64,000 bases of DNA, taken from the NCBI GenBank assembly GCA_035546535.1, contig DASZWQ010000098.1, positions 3,964-67,963 of the forward strand, given 5' to 3'. Made by a program: the position numbers and the translations under genes. Under the pieces are notes generated by a model. That model saw nothing but the letters and a program-made list of their open reading frames with translations, had not been told where the DNA came from and ran no database searches. The first letter of the stretch is position 1. Each line of letters begins with the position of its first letter. Of this stretch, positions 19,133-28,051 are shown piece by piece. The DNA comes from Pirellulales bacterium. Lineage in GTDB: Bacteria; Planctomycetota; Planctomycetia; Pirellulales; JACPPG01.

Positions 19133-19623
19133 TGGCGGAAACAGATAAGGCCTCGTCCGGTGCGGCCGCGATCGAGGTGCGCTCGATGAGCGTGGACGAT
19201 TTTCCCGCCGTGTGCCGGCTGCTCACCGAGTTGGGGCGCCCCGCGCCGACGGACGAGACGCTCCCTCAAGTGCGCCGGGTTTTCGAACGACACCTGGCCA
19301 GTGCCGATACGTCCAGCCTGATTGCGCTGCGCGACGGTGCGGCCGTTGGCCTATTGACGCTGCACTTTCGCGAACGGCTGAGCCAGCCGGTGCCCGAGGC
19401 GTGGATTCCGGATTTCGTCGTCACGGCGGACGAGCAAGGCCGCGGCGCGGCCCATCTTTTGATGCATCGGGCGATGGAATTGGCCCGGGCGCGCGGCTGT
19501 CACCGCGTGGCGCTCGAATCGCACTATCACCGGCACCGCGCGTACCGCTTCTACGCTCGCGAGGGCTTCACCGACGTGGGCAAGTGCTTTTCCCTTCCGC
19601 TTGATCCGCCGCCGCCAAGTTGA
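19132..19623 (+). CDS. GNAT family N-acetyltransferase
   Basis: TGATG overlap with the ADH stop. Acetyl-CoA motif ..VVTADEQGRGAAHLLMHRAMELARARGCHRVALES...RFYAREGF. Confidence 0.8.
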   Translation: MAETDKASSGAAAIEVRSMSVDDFPAVCRLLTELGRPAPTDETLPQVRRVFERHLASADTSSLIALRDGAAVGLLTLHFRERLSQPVPEAWIPDFVVTADEQGRGAAHLLMHRAMELARARGCHRVALESHYHRHRAYRFYAREGFTDVGKCFSLPLDPPPPS

Positions 19624-19811
19624 AAAGCGACGGCTGAAAACGAAACGACGTGCGGCCCCTGTCGATTTTGGGGGCAGTCGTTAGAATGGCGGCTTTCTTC
19701 GGGCCGGCGAAGCGCGCGGTTGCCGGCCGAAAGACCGCCGGGCGATCCCCGGCGGCTAAATCGGTAAACGCAACTGCTCCTTCACTGGCCGCTGACTACT
19801 GACTACTTCCC

Positions 19812-20741
19812 ATGCCCACCAATGCCACGCAAGTCGACGAGCTGCGCTGGAAGAAGTTTCCGGTGCTGAATGACGGATTCGTCTGCCTGGTGGACGTCAT
19901 GGGAGACGACCAGTCCGTCGTGCAGGCGGCGCGGGTCAGCTACGGCGAAGGGACGCGCAAGGTGTCGGACGATCGGGGGCTGATTCGCTACCTGATGCGG
20001 CATCGGCATTCGACTCCCTTCGAAATGGCCGAGATCAAGCTGCTGGTGCGCGTGCCCATGGACACGTGGCGACAATGGATTCGCCATCGCACGGCCAACG
20101 TCAACGAATATTCGACGCGTTACTCGCTGGCCATCGATGCCACGCAGGAAACACCGGCCGACGCCTGGCGCTCGCAGGCGGCGACGAATCGCCAGGGAAG
20201 CGGTGCGCCCTTGGATCCGGCCCTCGGCGCCGAGTTGTCGGCCGAGGAGTTGGCGCTGCAGCGCGAATCGCGGCGCGTGTACGAAAGCCGCATCGCCCGC
20301 GGCGTGGCGCGCGAACAGGCGCGCAAGGACCTGCCGCTGTCGACGTATACCGAAGCCTATTGGAAGGTGGACCTGCACAACCTGCTGCATTTCCTGGCCT
20401 TGCGGATGGACGCGCATGCCCAGTGGGAGATTCGCACCTACGCGGCGACGATCGGCGAGCAAATCGTGCGGCCGCTGTTTCCGCTGGTGTGGGAGGCGTT
20501 CGACGATTACCGGCTGCGCGGCCAGTTCCTCACGCGGCTCGATCAAGAAGTGATTCGCCGGCTGCTCGCCCGGCTGGCTGCCGCCGGACGCAGTGCGGCC
20601 ACGGACGAAGACTTCATGGCCGTGCAAGACGCCAGTTGGGCCGGCCTGGCGCGCTGCCGCGAGCGCGACGAATGCCGCGCGAAATTGGCTTCGCTGGGCT
20701 TCTTACCCGAAATCGCGGAAGGAAATCGTGACGATGACTGA
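19812..20741 (+). CDS. thyX: FAD-dependent thymidylate synthase
   Basis: ThyX motif RHRHSTPFEMAEIKLLVRVPMDTWRQWIRHRTANVNEYSTRYS. Confidence 0.9.
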   Translation: MPTNATQVDELRWKKFPVLNDGFVCLVDVMGDDQSVVQAARVSYGEGTRKVSDDRGLIRYLMRHRHSTPFEMAEIKLLVRVPMDTWRQWIRHRTANVNEYSTRYSLAIDATQETPADAWRSQAATNRQGSGAPLDPALGAELSAEELALQRESRRVYESRIARGVAREQARKDLPLSTYTEAYWKVDLHNLLHFLALRMDAHAQWEIRTYAATIGEQIVRPLFPLVWEAFDDYRLRGQFLTRLDQEVIRRLLARLAAAGRSAATDEDFMAVQDASWAGLARCRERDECRAKLASLGFLPEIAEGNRDDD

Positions 20742-21159
20742 GCGCAAATCCCGTACCACGGCCCCGAGCGAATCTTCGGTGACCGAAGAGCTGCTCGCGC
20801 TCAATCAGCGCCTGCTCGACAGCATCGTCGCGGCCGATTGGAAGACCTACGAGAAGCTGTGCGATCCGTCGCTCTCGGCCTTCGAGCCCGAGGCCCGCGG
20901 ACGGCTGATCGAGGGGATGCCGTTTCATCATTTCTATTTCCAGCTCGGCAAGCCGAAGACCGTGCCGCAGGCGACGATGTGCTCGCCGCACGTGCGGTTG
21001 CTGGGGGATGATGCGGCGGTGGTCAGCTACGTGCGCCTGGTGCAGAAGCTGGATGAGTCGGGTTCGCCGGTGACGAGCGTGTGCGAAGAGACGCGCGTCT
21101 GGCAGCGGCAATCGGGCACCTGGCGACACGTTCACTTTCATCGCTCGAACAATCCGTAG
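20734..21159 (+). CDS. SnoaL-like / CaMKII-association-domain (DUF4440) protein
   Basis: Start overlaps the thyX stop by 8 nt. The pattern ..DWKTYEKLCDPSLSAFEPEARGRLIEGMPFHHFYF...AAVVSYVRLVQ...ETRVWQRQSGTWRHVHFHRS matches that fold family. Confidence 0.65.
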   Translation: MTERKSRTTAPSESSVTEELLALNQRLLDSIVAADWKTYEKLCDPSLSAFEPEARGRLIEGMPFHHFYFQLGKPKTVPQATMCSPHVRLLGDDAAVVSYVRLVQKLDESGSPVTSVCEETRVWQRQSGTWRHVHFHRSNNP

Positions 21160-21214
21160 TCTGCGGTGCGCGACGCAATTTCTGCGCTTCTCGGCTACGG
21201 CGATTCGCGCTCGC

Positions 21215-22444
21215 TCAGAACTGCATCGAGGCACGGGCTACCAGGCCGTCGAACGAGAGAATGTTCGAGGTGTCGCTCAAGGCCACGAGTCCACCGGTGC
21301 TGGCCAGGTTCGTCCACACCTGGAACATGTAGCCGGCCGATAGCGCCCAGCGCTCGGTGGCCCGCCACGACGCGCCGAACTCGATGTCGGCCACGGTCAC
21401 CATGCGGGCGAGGTTTTCGTTGACCGTGATCGTGTTCACATTCACCAGATCATTGGCCACGTAACTCCCGGAGTGGCCGCCAAGCAGGATTCCGTATCCG
21501 CCGCGCACGTAGAGCGCTGACCATGCGCCGACGTTGCGTCTGGCCTCGAGCGCCAATCGCGGGCCGGCGCCGGTAAACGAGTTGGTCTGATACTGGTTGA
21601 ACGACGAGGCACCATTGTCGTAGCACAGCGTGGTCGTCGATTGGCTGAAATCCATGATGCGCGCGCCGAGTGAGCCCGTTAGCAGCCAGCGACCGCCGCT
21701 GAAGGCGACCGGCTTATACAGGTCGATATCGAACACGTTGAACCGCAGGTGCATCTGGGCGTTAACCTGGTTGCCGAAATCCGGGCCGTTGTTATTGTTG
21801 TTCTGGCCGATCAAGAACCAGATGAAGTTGACGTCCGGGATGAATCCGGAGTTCTGCGTCGTGGCGTTGAAATTACTGTTGGCGTTTTCCTGGAAGTGCC
21901 AGTACGTGAATTGAATACCGCTGCCGGTCGTCGGCGAGCGATACCCCAAAAAGACGCGCGGCGAGGATTGATAGTTGAAGTCGAAAGTATTCAGCATCGC
22001 GTTTGCGCTACCGTTGTCGCCGTGGCCGAACAAGAACGCCGCGGGCTCGCTCATCTGGGGCCGAATGAACAGGTAATCCGCGCCGGCATAATAGGTTTGC
22101 GACAAGGTCGTCTGCGCGGCTTCCATCGCTGAGTACGCCACGGATTGCGTGCCGCTTGGTGGCGCTTCGTCCGTCACTTCGTCCATTTTTTTGCCGAACG
22201 AATCGCCGAAGATCAGCGGGCTTGTGCCGCGGCCGCGGCCCGGGCTCGGGGCGCTTAGGTCAGTCGGTTTCGCGGGCAGGACGAAGGGCGCGGTCGGCGA
22301 CACCGGTGGCAACCGCTGGACGATCGCTGCTGAGGACGCGTTCTCGCTGGCGATCGCGGTCGCGGTCGCGAAGATCAGCGGCATGCCCAGCGCAAGAATC
22401 GCTGATGTCAAACTCATGCGGTGTTGGGACCACCCGGCGAACAT
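21215..22444 (-). CDS. Putative outer-membrane beta-barrel protein
   Basis: Signal-like N-terminus and a Gly/aromatic-rich alternating pattern, ending in ..ARASMQF (terminal Phe). GGAGG lies upstream of ATG 22444. Confidence 0.55.
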   Translation of the reverse strand: MFAGWSQHRMSLTSAILALGMPLIFATATAIASENASSAAIVQRLPPVSPTAPFVLPAKPTDLSAPSPGRGRGTSPLIFGDSFGKKMDEVTDEAPPSGTQSVAYSAMEAAQTTLSQTYYAGADYLFIRPQMSEPAAFLFGHGDNGSANAMLNTFDFNYQSSPRVFLGYRSPTTGSGIQFTYWHFQENANSNFNATTQNSGFIPDVNFIWFLIGQNNNNNGPDFGNQVNAQMHLRFNVFDIDLYKPVAFSGGRWLLTGSLGARIMDFSQSTTTLCYDNGASSFNQYQTNSFTGAGPRLALEARRNVGAWSALYVRGGYGILLGGHSGSYVANDLVNVNTITVNENLARMVTVADIEFGASWRATERWALSAGYMFQVWTNLASTGGLVALSDTSNILSFDGLVARASMQF

Positions 22445-22767
22445 GGCTGTAGCCTCCTCTGGTCCTGCCGCGGGCCAAAGCGCGCAGGATGACAAAATGA
22501 AATCCGTGGAAAAAAAGACGCGCAGACGGGGGGCGGTGGGCGCGACGCGAGAACCGCGGCGACTCAGCAGAGCGAAGAGACCGCCCCAACTAGTGGAGGG
22601 GTATCGGCCACATCTCGCATGGGAAATGACCACCCGGGGCTCAACTCCGGCTTATAGCGGTCGCGTAAAGTCGGCGGACCCGCTAGCACCGCATGTTGGT
22701 AGGATGCGGGAGACGAAGGCAGCTATCGCGCGCCTGCGGAGGAACGACTTCTCCCCTGGCACGACGA

Positions 22768-23217
22768 TCAAGAGATGCGAGCGCTAGCGTTCGACGGAAG
22801 CAATGCCGGAAAATGCGCTCGATCGTCGACGGCGCGAAAATCATCCGCCGTGTACGGGCGCGCGAGCGTCATGTTGCGGCGGCGCAGTTGATAGTGGATC
22901 ACCCGGTACCGGGCGTTCCAGCGCATCTCGCTGATCGTGGCCACGAACGGACGGTTCTTGCCCAGCTTCGAGCAGACTTCGACTTGATCGCCCAGATCGA
23001 ATCCGTCACCGCGAATCGCCTGCCGCATCGTGGGCCGCACGCGCAGGCGGTGTTTGCCGTAGCTGAGCAGGAGATAAGGCCCCTCGCGGCCGTCGTAGCG
23101 AAACACGCGCGTGCTGGGGATCAAGCGCCGCGCCAGACGAATGTCGGCGGGGTGAATCCACCCGTCGCCATTTTCCGGCCAGCGAGAATAGACGCGATAG
23201 GCAAGCTCGGTACGCAT
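22768..23217 (-). CDS. Hypothetical protein (149 aa)
   Basis: Internal ATG (MRTELAYRVYSRWPENGDGW..) of track ORF 22768..23430. The sequence looks protein-like, but no family is recognised. Confidence 0.4.
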   Translation of the reverse strand: MRTELAYRVYSRWPENGDGWIHPADIRLARRLIPSTRVFRYDGREGPYLLLSYGKHRLRVRPTMRQAIRGDGFDLGDQVEVCSKLGKNRPFVATISEMRWNARYRVIHYQLRRRNMTLARPYTADDFRAVDDRAHFPALLPSNASARIS

Positions 23218-23527
23218 GGCCCATGCACCTCCCGGGCAATGTCGCATGCCCCTTGAGCGCCGTTCACGGTACTGCACTCTGCAGGTTGCGGCAAGCGTTG
23301 GTAGATCGTCGAACCGCCGCCCCCCGTGTGTGGATTGCGGCGCTGACTGAAAAGGCTTTCTATTGATCGGTTTGTATCGCGCTTCGCGTCCGGGGCGTAC
23401 AGGACTCGTTACGTGGCAATGATAATTCAATAGCTTCCAGGACCGGATCGGCTACAATCGCAACCGGTTTCGACGACCAAGTCCAGCGTCCTTACGGGGG
23501 CGCGTAACAAGATGGAGCTGGACGCAC

Positions 23528-24715
23528 ATGAATTCATCGTCGCAATGTTGCCGTGTTTTGGGCGCGATCGTTGGAACGTCGTGTCTTCTTGTCTATGGGT
23601 CGGTTGCACTGGCCGTCGGACCTAATTACCAAACAGTTAACGACACCACCGCTCCCAATTTTACGGGAGCACCGGCAGGCACGCTCAATGACGTGGTCTC
23701 GTTGTCGAGCAAGGATGGGGTTGAGGGAACCGGCACCGTGATTGGCGTTTCTCAGCCGGTCGGCACGGTCTATACGATTTCGATTTTGACGGCCAATCAC
23801 GTGGCGAACGAAGGCATCACGACGGCAAACTTCGGTTTGGCAGGCGATGTATTGCAGATGAAATTGACGGGCAAGTCGGTAACGTACAGCCTGAATGACC
23901 CGAACAATACCCAAAAGCTTCCCGAGGATCTGACGATCGTACAGGCCACGGTTGACACGACGGCGCTCGTGGGAAACGCGAACAAGGCCGCGGAGTTCGC
24001 CCTGGTGAGGGCCAACGTGCCCAGCGTGGCGGCGTTTGCCGTGGCGCCCCCCGCATCGAACCCCCATGGCACGGATGTTCCGGACCTGACGATCAAAGCA
24101 GCTACTCAATCATTCACCGAATATGGATACGGCAACCAGGGGACGTATGATCCGACCGCGCCTGCGCATTTCACCAACGGCGCCGCAGGGACGCGGATGT
24201 TCGAGAACAACGTGACTAGTGCCCTGATCGGCGCCAACGATTCGATCGACACCGGCTACTTCCAGCCCTATGGGATCTTCACGGCCAAAAGTCCATCGCT
24301 CGTGGCCGGCGTGGCGCCGGCGAATCCCACGAGCAACGGCCAAGGCACCAGCACGACCGGCGATTCGGGTGGTCCGCTGATGTTTGGCACCGCCGGACCT
24401 ACCGTCACGGTCACGCCCAATTGGGGCACGGCGCAGCAGAAGGTGCCGACCGACATCCAGCTCAGCTTCACGAATAGCCTGGCGGCTGTCGTGCAAAGCG
24501 TGAATCTGACCAGCATGAATCCGGGCGTCGTCAATGTGGGCAACCAGAACCTGGTCGTGCCGTTGGTCGGCGGGGCGGGCGGGTCGCTGGCCTGGGCTCA
24601 GACCTATGCCAATAATCCCAATCTCGTGCCCGAACCAGGCTCGTTCATCTTGGCCGGGCTTGGCCTCGCCGGCCTGGGCCTCTTCGCGCGGCGGAAAAAG
24701 TATCGCAAGGTCTGA
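23528..24715 (+). CDS. Trypsin-like serine protease domain protein with PEP-CTERM anchor
   Basis: Signal peptide, ..LTANHVA.. (His), and ..GTSTTGDSGGPLMFG.. (Ser). C-terminal VPEPGSFILAGLGLAGLGLFARRKKYRKV. Confidence 0.75.
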   Translation: MNSSSQCCRVLGAIVGTSCLLVYGSVALAVGPNYQTVNDTTAPNFTGAPAGTLNDVVSLSSKDGVEGTGTVIGVSQPVGTVYTISILTANHVANEGITTANFGLAGDVLQMKLTGKSVTYSLNDPNNTQKLPEDLTIVQATVDTTALVGNANKAAEFALVRANVPSVAAFAVAPPASNPHGTDVPDLTIKAATQSFTEYGYGNQGTYDPTAPAHFTNGAAGTRMFENNVTSALIGANDSIDTGYFQPYGIFTAKSPSLVAGVAPANPTSNGQGTSTTGDSGGPLMFGTAGPTVTVTPNWGTAQQKVPTDIQLSFTNSLAAVVQSVNLTSMNPGVVNVGNQNLVVPLVGGAGGSLAWAQTYANNPNLVPEPGSFILAGLGLAGLGLFARRKKYRKV

Positions 24716-24751
24716 TCCGTGCGCCGCGATCCGATCATTCAAAATCCCACA

Positions 24752-24794
24752 AGCCCCGTCGGGTCCAAGCTGGTCAGACGGGGCTTTTTGTTTT
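24752..24794 (+). terminator. Rho-independent terminator after 23528..24715
   Basis: Stem AGCCCCGTC (24752..24760) / GACGGGGCT (24777..24785), followed by TTTTGTTTT. Confidence 0.7.
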
Positions 24795-25038
24795 CGCCGC
24801 CCCTTGGCTGGCACCACGGTGTGACTAACTCGAACTTTTCACGCAACTCGAACGTCGTACCCCATTTCAAAACGACGCGCCCGGTTCGCTGCGCGCTGAT
24901 CGCGGTCGCCCGAGGTCCTTCCTTTGGTAGAATGTGAGCCCCGGATGCCGGCGGGAGCAGCGTGGTGCGAACGGGCACACGGCCGCCGGTGTCCCACGAA
25001 TTGCGTTGCCGTCGGCGCAAAAGGCAACTCGGTTTCAA

Positions 25039-25080
25039 GCGCCTGTAGCTCAGGGGATAGAGCAACGGTTTCCTAAACCG
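25039..25080 (+). repeat. attL: truncated copy of the 5' 42 nt of tRNA-Arg(CCT)
   Basis: GCGCCTGTAGCTCAGGGGATAGAGCAACGGTTTCCTAAACCG is identical to 39986..40027. The sequence diverges immediately after, so there is no T-arm or 3' acceptor strand. Confidence 0.85.
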
Positions 25081-25172
25081 CCTGGGCCAGTGTTGTAACC
25101 CCTTATTTCTCGGCTTTTCCGCCATTTCTATCCGCTACAGCAACACGGGAAACGGTCCCCGTTGCTGCATTT

Positions 25173-25192
25173 CCCGGACAAATCCGGACAAG
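25173..25192 (+). repeat. Paired CCGGACA half-sites (candidate integrase arm-type site, left arm)
   Basis: CCCGGACAAATCCGGACAAG resembles TCCGGACAGGAATCCGGACAAG at 39942..39963. Confidence 0.45.
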
Positions 25193-25213
25193 AGCGGAAA
25201 GGGGTTTCACACC

Positions 25214-25366
25214 ATGTACGTCGATGCCATCCCGTGCGGTCGCCGCTTTCGATTCGCTGTCTACATTCGCGGCCGTGAAAAGCCCTACGTGAGTCTGCGG
25301 ACGTTTGCCACGCCGCGCATCGCCAAGCGTGCCGGGTGGCGTGAATTCGGCATGGTCAAGGTCTAA
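25214..25366 (+). CDS. Small hypothetical protein (50 aa)
   Basis: ATG..TAA read by hand (MYVDAIPCGRRFRFAVYIRGREKPYVSL..). It is below the ORF-track cutoff and is the first ORF inside attL. Confidence 0.3.
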   Translation: MYVDAIPCGRRFRFAVYIRGREKPYVSLRTFATPRIAKRAGWREFGMVKV

Positions 25367-25383
25367 CCAACAGGGGAAATATC

Positions 25384-25476
25384 ATGCGAGTCACGGCCTT
25401 GTGTGCGTTCGCGCTTACCGTTGTGTTGTTTTTGGCTGGGCCTGATCTTACCTTCCTGATTCTAGGTGGCCGATGA
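25384..25476 (+). CDS. Small hydrophobic peptide (30 aa)
   Basis: MRVTALCAFALTVVLFLAGPDLTFLILGGR. Its stop overlaps the next ATG (ATGA). Confidence 0.25.
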   Translation: MRVTALCAFALTVVLFLAGPDLTFLILGGR

Positions 25477-25601
25477 TAACGACACAAAACCTGATCGAAG
25501 CGTTGGAATGGCTGTTAGAGCGCGCGAAGGGAAGCCACGTACAAATTGACATTTGGACCGTCCGCAAGGTGCTGGACGCTCTCAGGGGGACACAACAGTG
25601 A
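25473..25601 (+). CDS. Small hypothetical protein (42 aa)
   Basis: MITTQNLIEALEWLLERAKGSHVQIDIWTVRKVLDALRGTQQ. ATGA overlap upstream and GTGA overlap downstream. Confidence 0.3.
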   Translation: MITTQNLIEALEWLLERAKGSHVQIDIWTVRKVLDALRGTQQ

Positions 25602-25969
25602 CAACTAAGCCCGATACAACCAGCCAGGTCTTTGGGGTGTTGTTCGTAGCCGTCTTTCTGGCCGGATACCTGTGGGTCAACACCGGCAGTCCCGCCCCGT
25701 CGCAACGTTTCGTCGGACGTGGCGAGCGTGTCACGGTGCGTAACGCGCTTGTGGCGGTGGACTACGAAACGTGGAAGGAAATGGACAAGCTTCAGTCGAT
25801 CGGCGACACGGCTGGTCTGAACCAACTGACCGATGCGAAGCTGATTACGCGCGCCGGTGGAACGGTGCTAGTGATTGATCCGGGCTTCTGCTGCGCCCGC
25901 GTACGCTTCCTGGACGGTCCGATGCAGGGCGCGGCGGGATATCTGAGCGTGGCGTATCTGAGTCGGTAG
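25598..25969 (+). CDS. Hypothetical single-pass membrane protein (123 aa)
   Basis: GTG start coupled to the upstream stop. TM segment VFGVLFVAVFLAGYLWV followed by a soluble domain. Confidence 0.5.
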   Translation: MTTKPDTTSQVFGVLFVAVFLAGYLWVNTGSPAPSQRFVGRGERVTVRNALVAVDYETWKEMDKLQSIGDTAGLNQLTDAKLITRAGGTVLVIDPGFCCARVRFLDGPMQGAAGYLSVAYLSR

Positions 25970-25973
25970 CCGT

Positions 25974-26324
25974 TCAGATAACTTGGCCGGACTTCAACAG
26001 AGTGAGTTGGTCCGACGACAATCGTGTCTTGTCGCGGTCCGACAACACAATGACGCGACCACTCGCAAGCAATTCCAATTGCCCAGCCGACAAGCGATCC
26101 TTGTCGTGCTGCGTCAATTCGATGATTTGCCCGGAAGCCAGTAATTCTAGCTGTTCGGGAAGCAACCGATCTTTGTCGTGCTGCGTTAGTTCGATAATCC
26201 GTCCGGAAGCCAGTAGCTCCAACTGGCTGCGCGACAGACGATCCTTGTCCGCCTCAGTTAGCTCAATCTGGCGACCGGATGCCATTAGAACTAGCTGCTC
26301 CGGGCTGAGTTGCTTTCGATCCAT
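25974..26324 (-). CDS. Tandem-repeat protein (116 aa, 4.6 x 24-aa units)
   Basis: Units LSxxQLELLASGxIIELTQHDKDR. Start moved to ATG 26324 (MDRKQ..). Confidence 0.65.
   Translation of the reverse strand: MDRKQLSPEQLVLMASGRQIELTEADKDRLSRSQLELLASGRIIELTQHDKDRLLPEQLELLASGQIIELTQHDKDRLSAGQLELLASGRVIVLSDRDKTRLSSDQLTLLKSGQVI
25977..26309 (-). repeat. 72-nt tandem repeat (coding) within 25974..26324
   Basis: Successive 72-nt units are visible at the DNA level, e.g. CGATCCTTGTCGTGCTGCGTCAATTCGATGATTTGCCCGGAAGCCAG.. and CGATCTTTGTCGTGCTGCGTTAGTTCGATAATCCGTCCGGAAGCCAG.. Confidence 0.8.
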
Positions 26325-26398
26325 GATAATTCCGCCGTAATGGTTTCGGGATGGCCAAAAGATGCGCTTACGGAATCCTAGCGCTGGTCGTCGCCGAG

Positions 26399-26968
26399 TC
26401 AACCGCGGTCAGTGCGTACGGTGCCCTGTAGTGCGCCGATCAATTTTTCGTCAAGTTGATCGGCGCGTATTTCTGCGCGCATCGAACCCGCAAGCTGCCG
26501 TAGATGCGGGTCTATCATCGCGCGATACCCTTGCACCGATATTTCCCGCCGCTCAAGCGCCACCGGGTTAAGGGTCGAAAGGGTAGCCATCACGGCCATC
26601 AAATCATCACACGCCTTAGCTGAAAGCAGCAGCGTCGATCTTGGAATTAGATCATGCAAATCCTTGGCTGCGGCCATGAACTCAGACCAAAGCTTATCAG
26701 TCTCTGTGGCCGCTTTGCCTGCCGACGCGAAAAGCAACCAGTTGCTTCCGCAGTTTTGAGCTTTGGAAACTTTGACCACAAGTTCCGTGCAAAGGTCAGC
26801 ACGACGAATCCATAATTCCTTCGCGTACGGTTCCCACCCGGCGAGACGGCGCAGACGGTCCGACTTACCAATTGCATAGAAACTGCCAAAGATCGACAGC
26901 AATGACGACAGCACAGCAATGGATACGGATCGGATAACGTCCACCCACCACGTATCAGGATTCGCCAT
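26399..26968 (-). CDS. Hypothetical N-terminally anchored membrane protein (189 aa), cargo operon gene 3
   Basis: TM segment VIRSVSIAVLSSLLSIFGSFYAI followed by a helical domain. Overlaps the upstream gene by 14 nt. AT-richer than the host. Confidence 0.6.
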   Translation of the reverse strand: MANPDTWWVDVIRSVSIAVLSSLLSIFGSFYAIGKSDRLRRLAGWEPYAKELWIRRADLCTELVVKVSKAQNCGSNWLLFASAGKAATETDKLWSEFMAAAKDLHDLIPRSTLLLSAKACDDLMAVMATLSTLNPVALERREISVQGYRAMIDPHLRQLAGSMRAEIRADQLDEKLIGALQGTVRTDRG

Positions 26969-27362
26969 CTTTGTTGCTCGGCTGGTCTTTGAGGCTGACG
27001 AGATACGGTTTTACCTCACCAAATGCAACCACAATCGTCACGATTTTATCGGGTACGACTATCTCGCGAATCATCTTGCCAGTTGCCATTTTCGCTAGTG
27101 CTTTGTCGGCTTGCTCAACCGACATAGGGTGCAGAACGGTAGGAACGTAGCCGGGTTGCATCCCGCCGTCTCGGTCGTCTTTGGCCCTTTGATGTTCCTT
27201 AGGCGAGATAAACGTCTCGGCAAACGCCTTGCCATTTTTGTCCGTCCAGTCCACCACAAAGACAACTGGCAACTCAAGACCTAAGTCGATCCAGCGTTGA
27301 GCCATTGCCCGGACATCGTTGATTGCCTCTTTAAGAAGCAATGCCTGCGGCTCGCGATGCAT
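26955..27362 (-). CDS. Hypothetical soluble protein (135 aa), cargo operon gene 2
   Basis: ATG lies 4 nt after the upstream stop. No family recognised. Confidence 0.6.
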   Translation of the reverse strand: MHREPQALLLKEAINDVRAMAQRWIDLGLELPVVFVVDWTDKNGKAFAETFISPKEHQRAKDDRDGGMQPGYVPTVLHPMSVEQADKALAKMATGKMIREIVVPDKIVTIVVAFGEVKPYLVSLKDQPSNKDGES

Positions 27363-27366
27363 GTAC

Positions 27367-28041
27367 CTATTCCAGATGCCCTAGGATGTTTGTGACGAAT
27401 TCGATTCGATTTTGGCAGGCAGCAATCATCGGCGCAATTTGTTGCTTTGAATAGTGATCTTGCTTTGTGAGAGAGTTCGCCATTGGCGGATTCACGCCAT
27501 AGCCTGGAAACGCCTTGAAATGCTCCTTTACGTAGTTGTAGACCTCACGATCCAAGCTATTGAATGCCAAAACGGCTGCCGTGTCGGAGGCTTCAAGCAA
27601 TGCCTTCGACTGTTCGAGACGCTGTAGAAACCCTCGCATTTTCGCTCGCTTCATGCTTAGCTCTGGATTGGCGTTCTTTGCCTTTTCCAGTTCCGAAGTG
27701 AGCGTTGCGACTTGGCTACCAAGCGACTGGATCGTTTCTTCCTTTGAGGCGAGTTGACCCGACACCTGATCGTACAAGGTCAGATGGGTCTTGAAGACCG
27801 CGTAGAACGCGAAAACGACAGCCAAAACGACCCAGCCGACCACTACTGTAAGGAAGGCCCAAACTGTTTTCTCCCAAGCCTTGCCTGGGTCGCTGGTGAA
27901 ATAACCAAATGCCCAAGCAGCTATTGAGGTGCTGACTAACCCGGCGGCGATTACGCTTACGCTCTTTACGCCGAATAGCTGCGCCGCGTCGTGAGCGGAT
28001 TGCTTTATTAGTTTTCTGAGATAGTCGCGGCGGTTGTTCAT
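27367..28041 (-). CDS. Hypothetical two-TM + coiled-coil protein (224 aa), cargo operon gene 1
   Basis: Start moved to ATG 28041 (MNNRRDYLRKL..). TM helices VSVIAAGLVSTSIAAWAFGYF and VWAFLTVVVGWVVLAVVFAFYAVF, then a heptad-like segment ..QSLGSQVATLTSELEKAKN.. Confidence 0.6.
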   Translation of the reverse strand: MNNRRDYLRKLIKQSAHDAAQLFGVKSVSVIAAGLVSTSIAAWAFGYFTSDPGKAWEKTVWAFLTVVVGWVVLAVVFAFYAVFKTHLTLYDQVSGQLASKEETIQSLGSQVATLTSELEKAKNANPELSMKRAKMRGFLQRLEQSKALLEASDTAAVLAFNSLDREVYNYVKEHFKAFPGYGVNPPMANSLTKQDHYSKQQIAPMIAACQNRIEFVTNILGHLE

Positions 28042-28051
28042 TTCTTCTTTG

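Noticed and set aside
25039-25080. Possible second tRNA gene
   Set aside because: Only the first 42 nt (acceptor 5' strand through the anticodon stem) are present. No T-arm or 3' acceptor strand follows, so it is an att remnant rather than a gene.
24739-25125. A 128-aa minus-strand ORF spanning the attL region
   Set aside because: It runs antisense through the truncated tRNA copy and the terminator of 23528..24715. The composition is Arg/Pro-rich and there is no ribosome-binding site.
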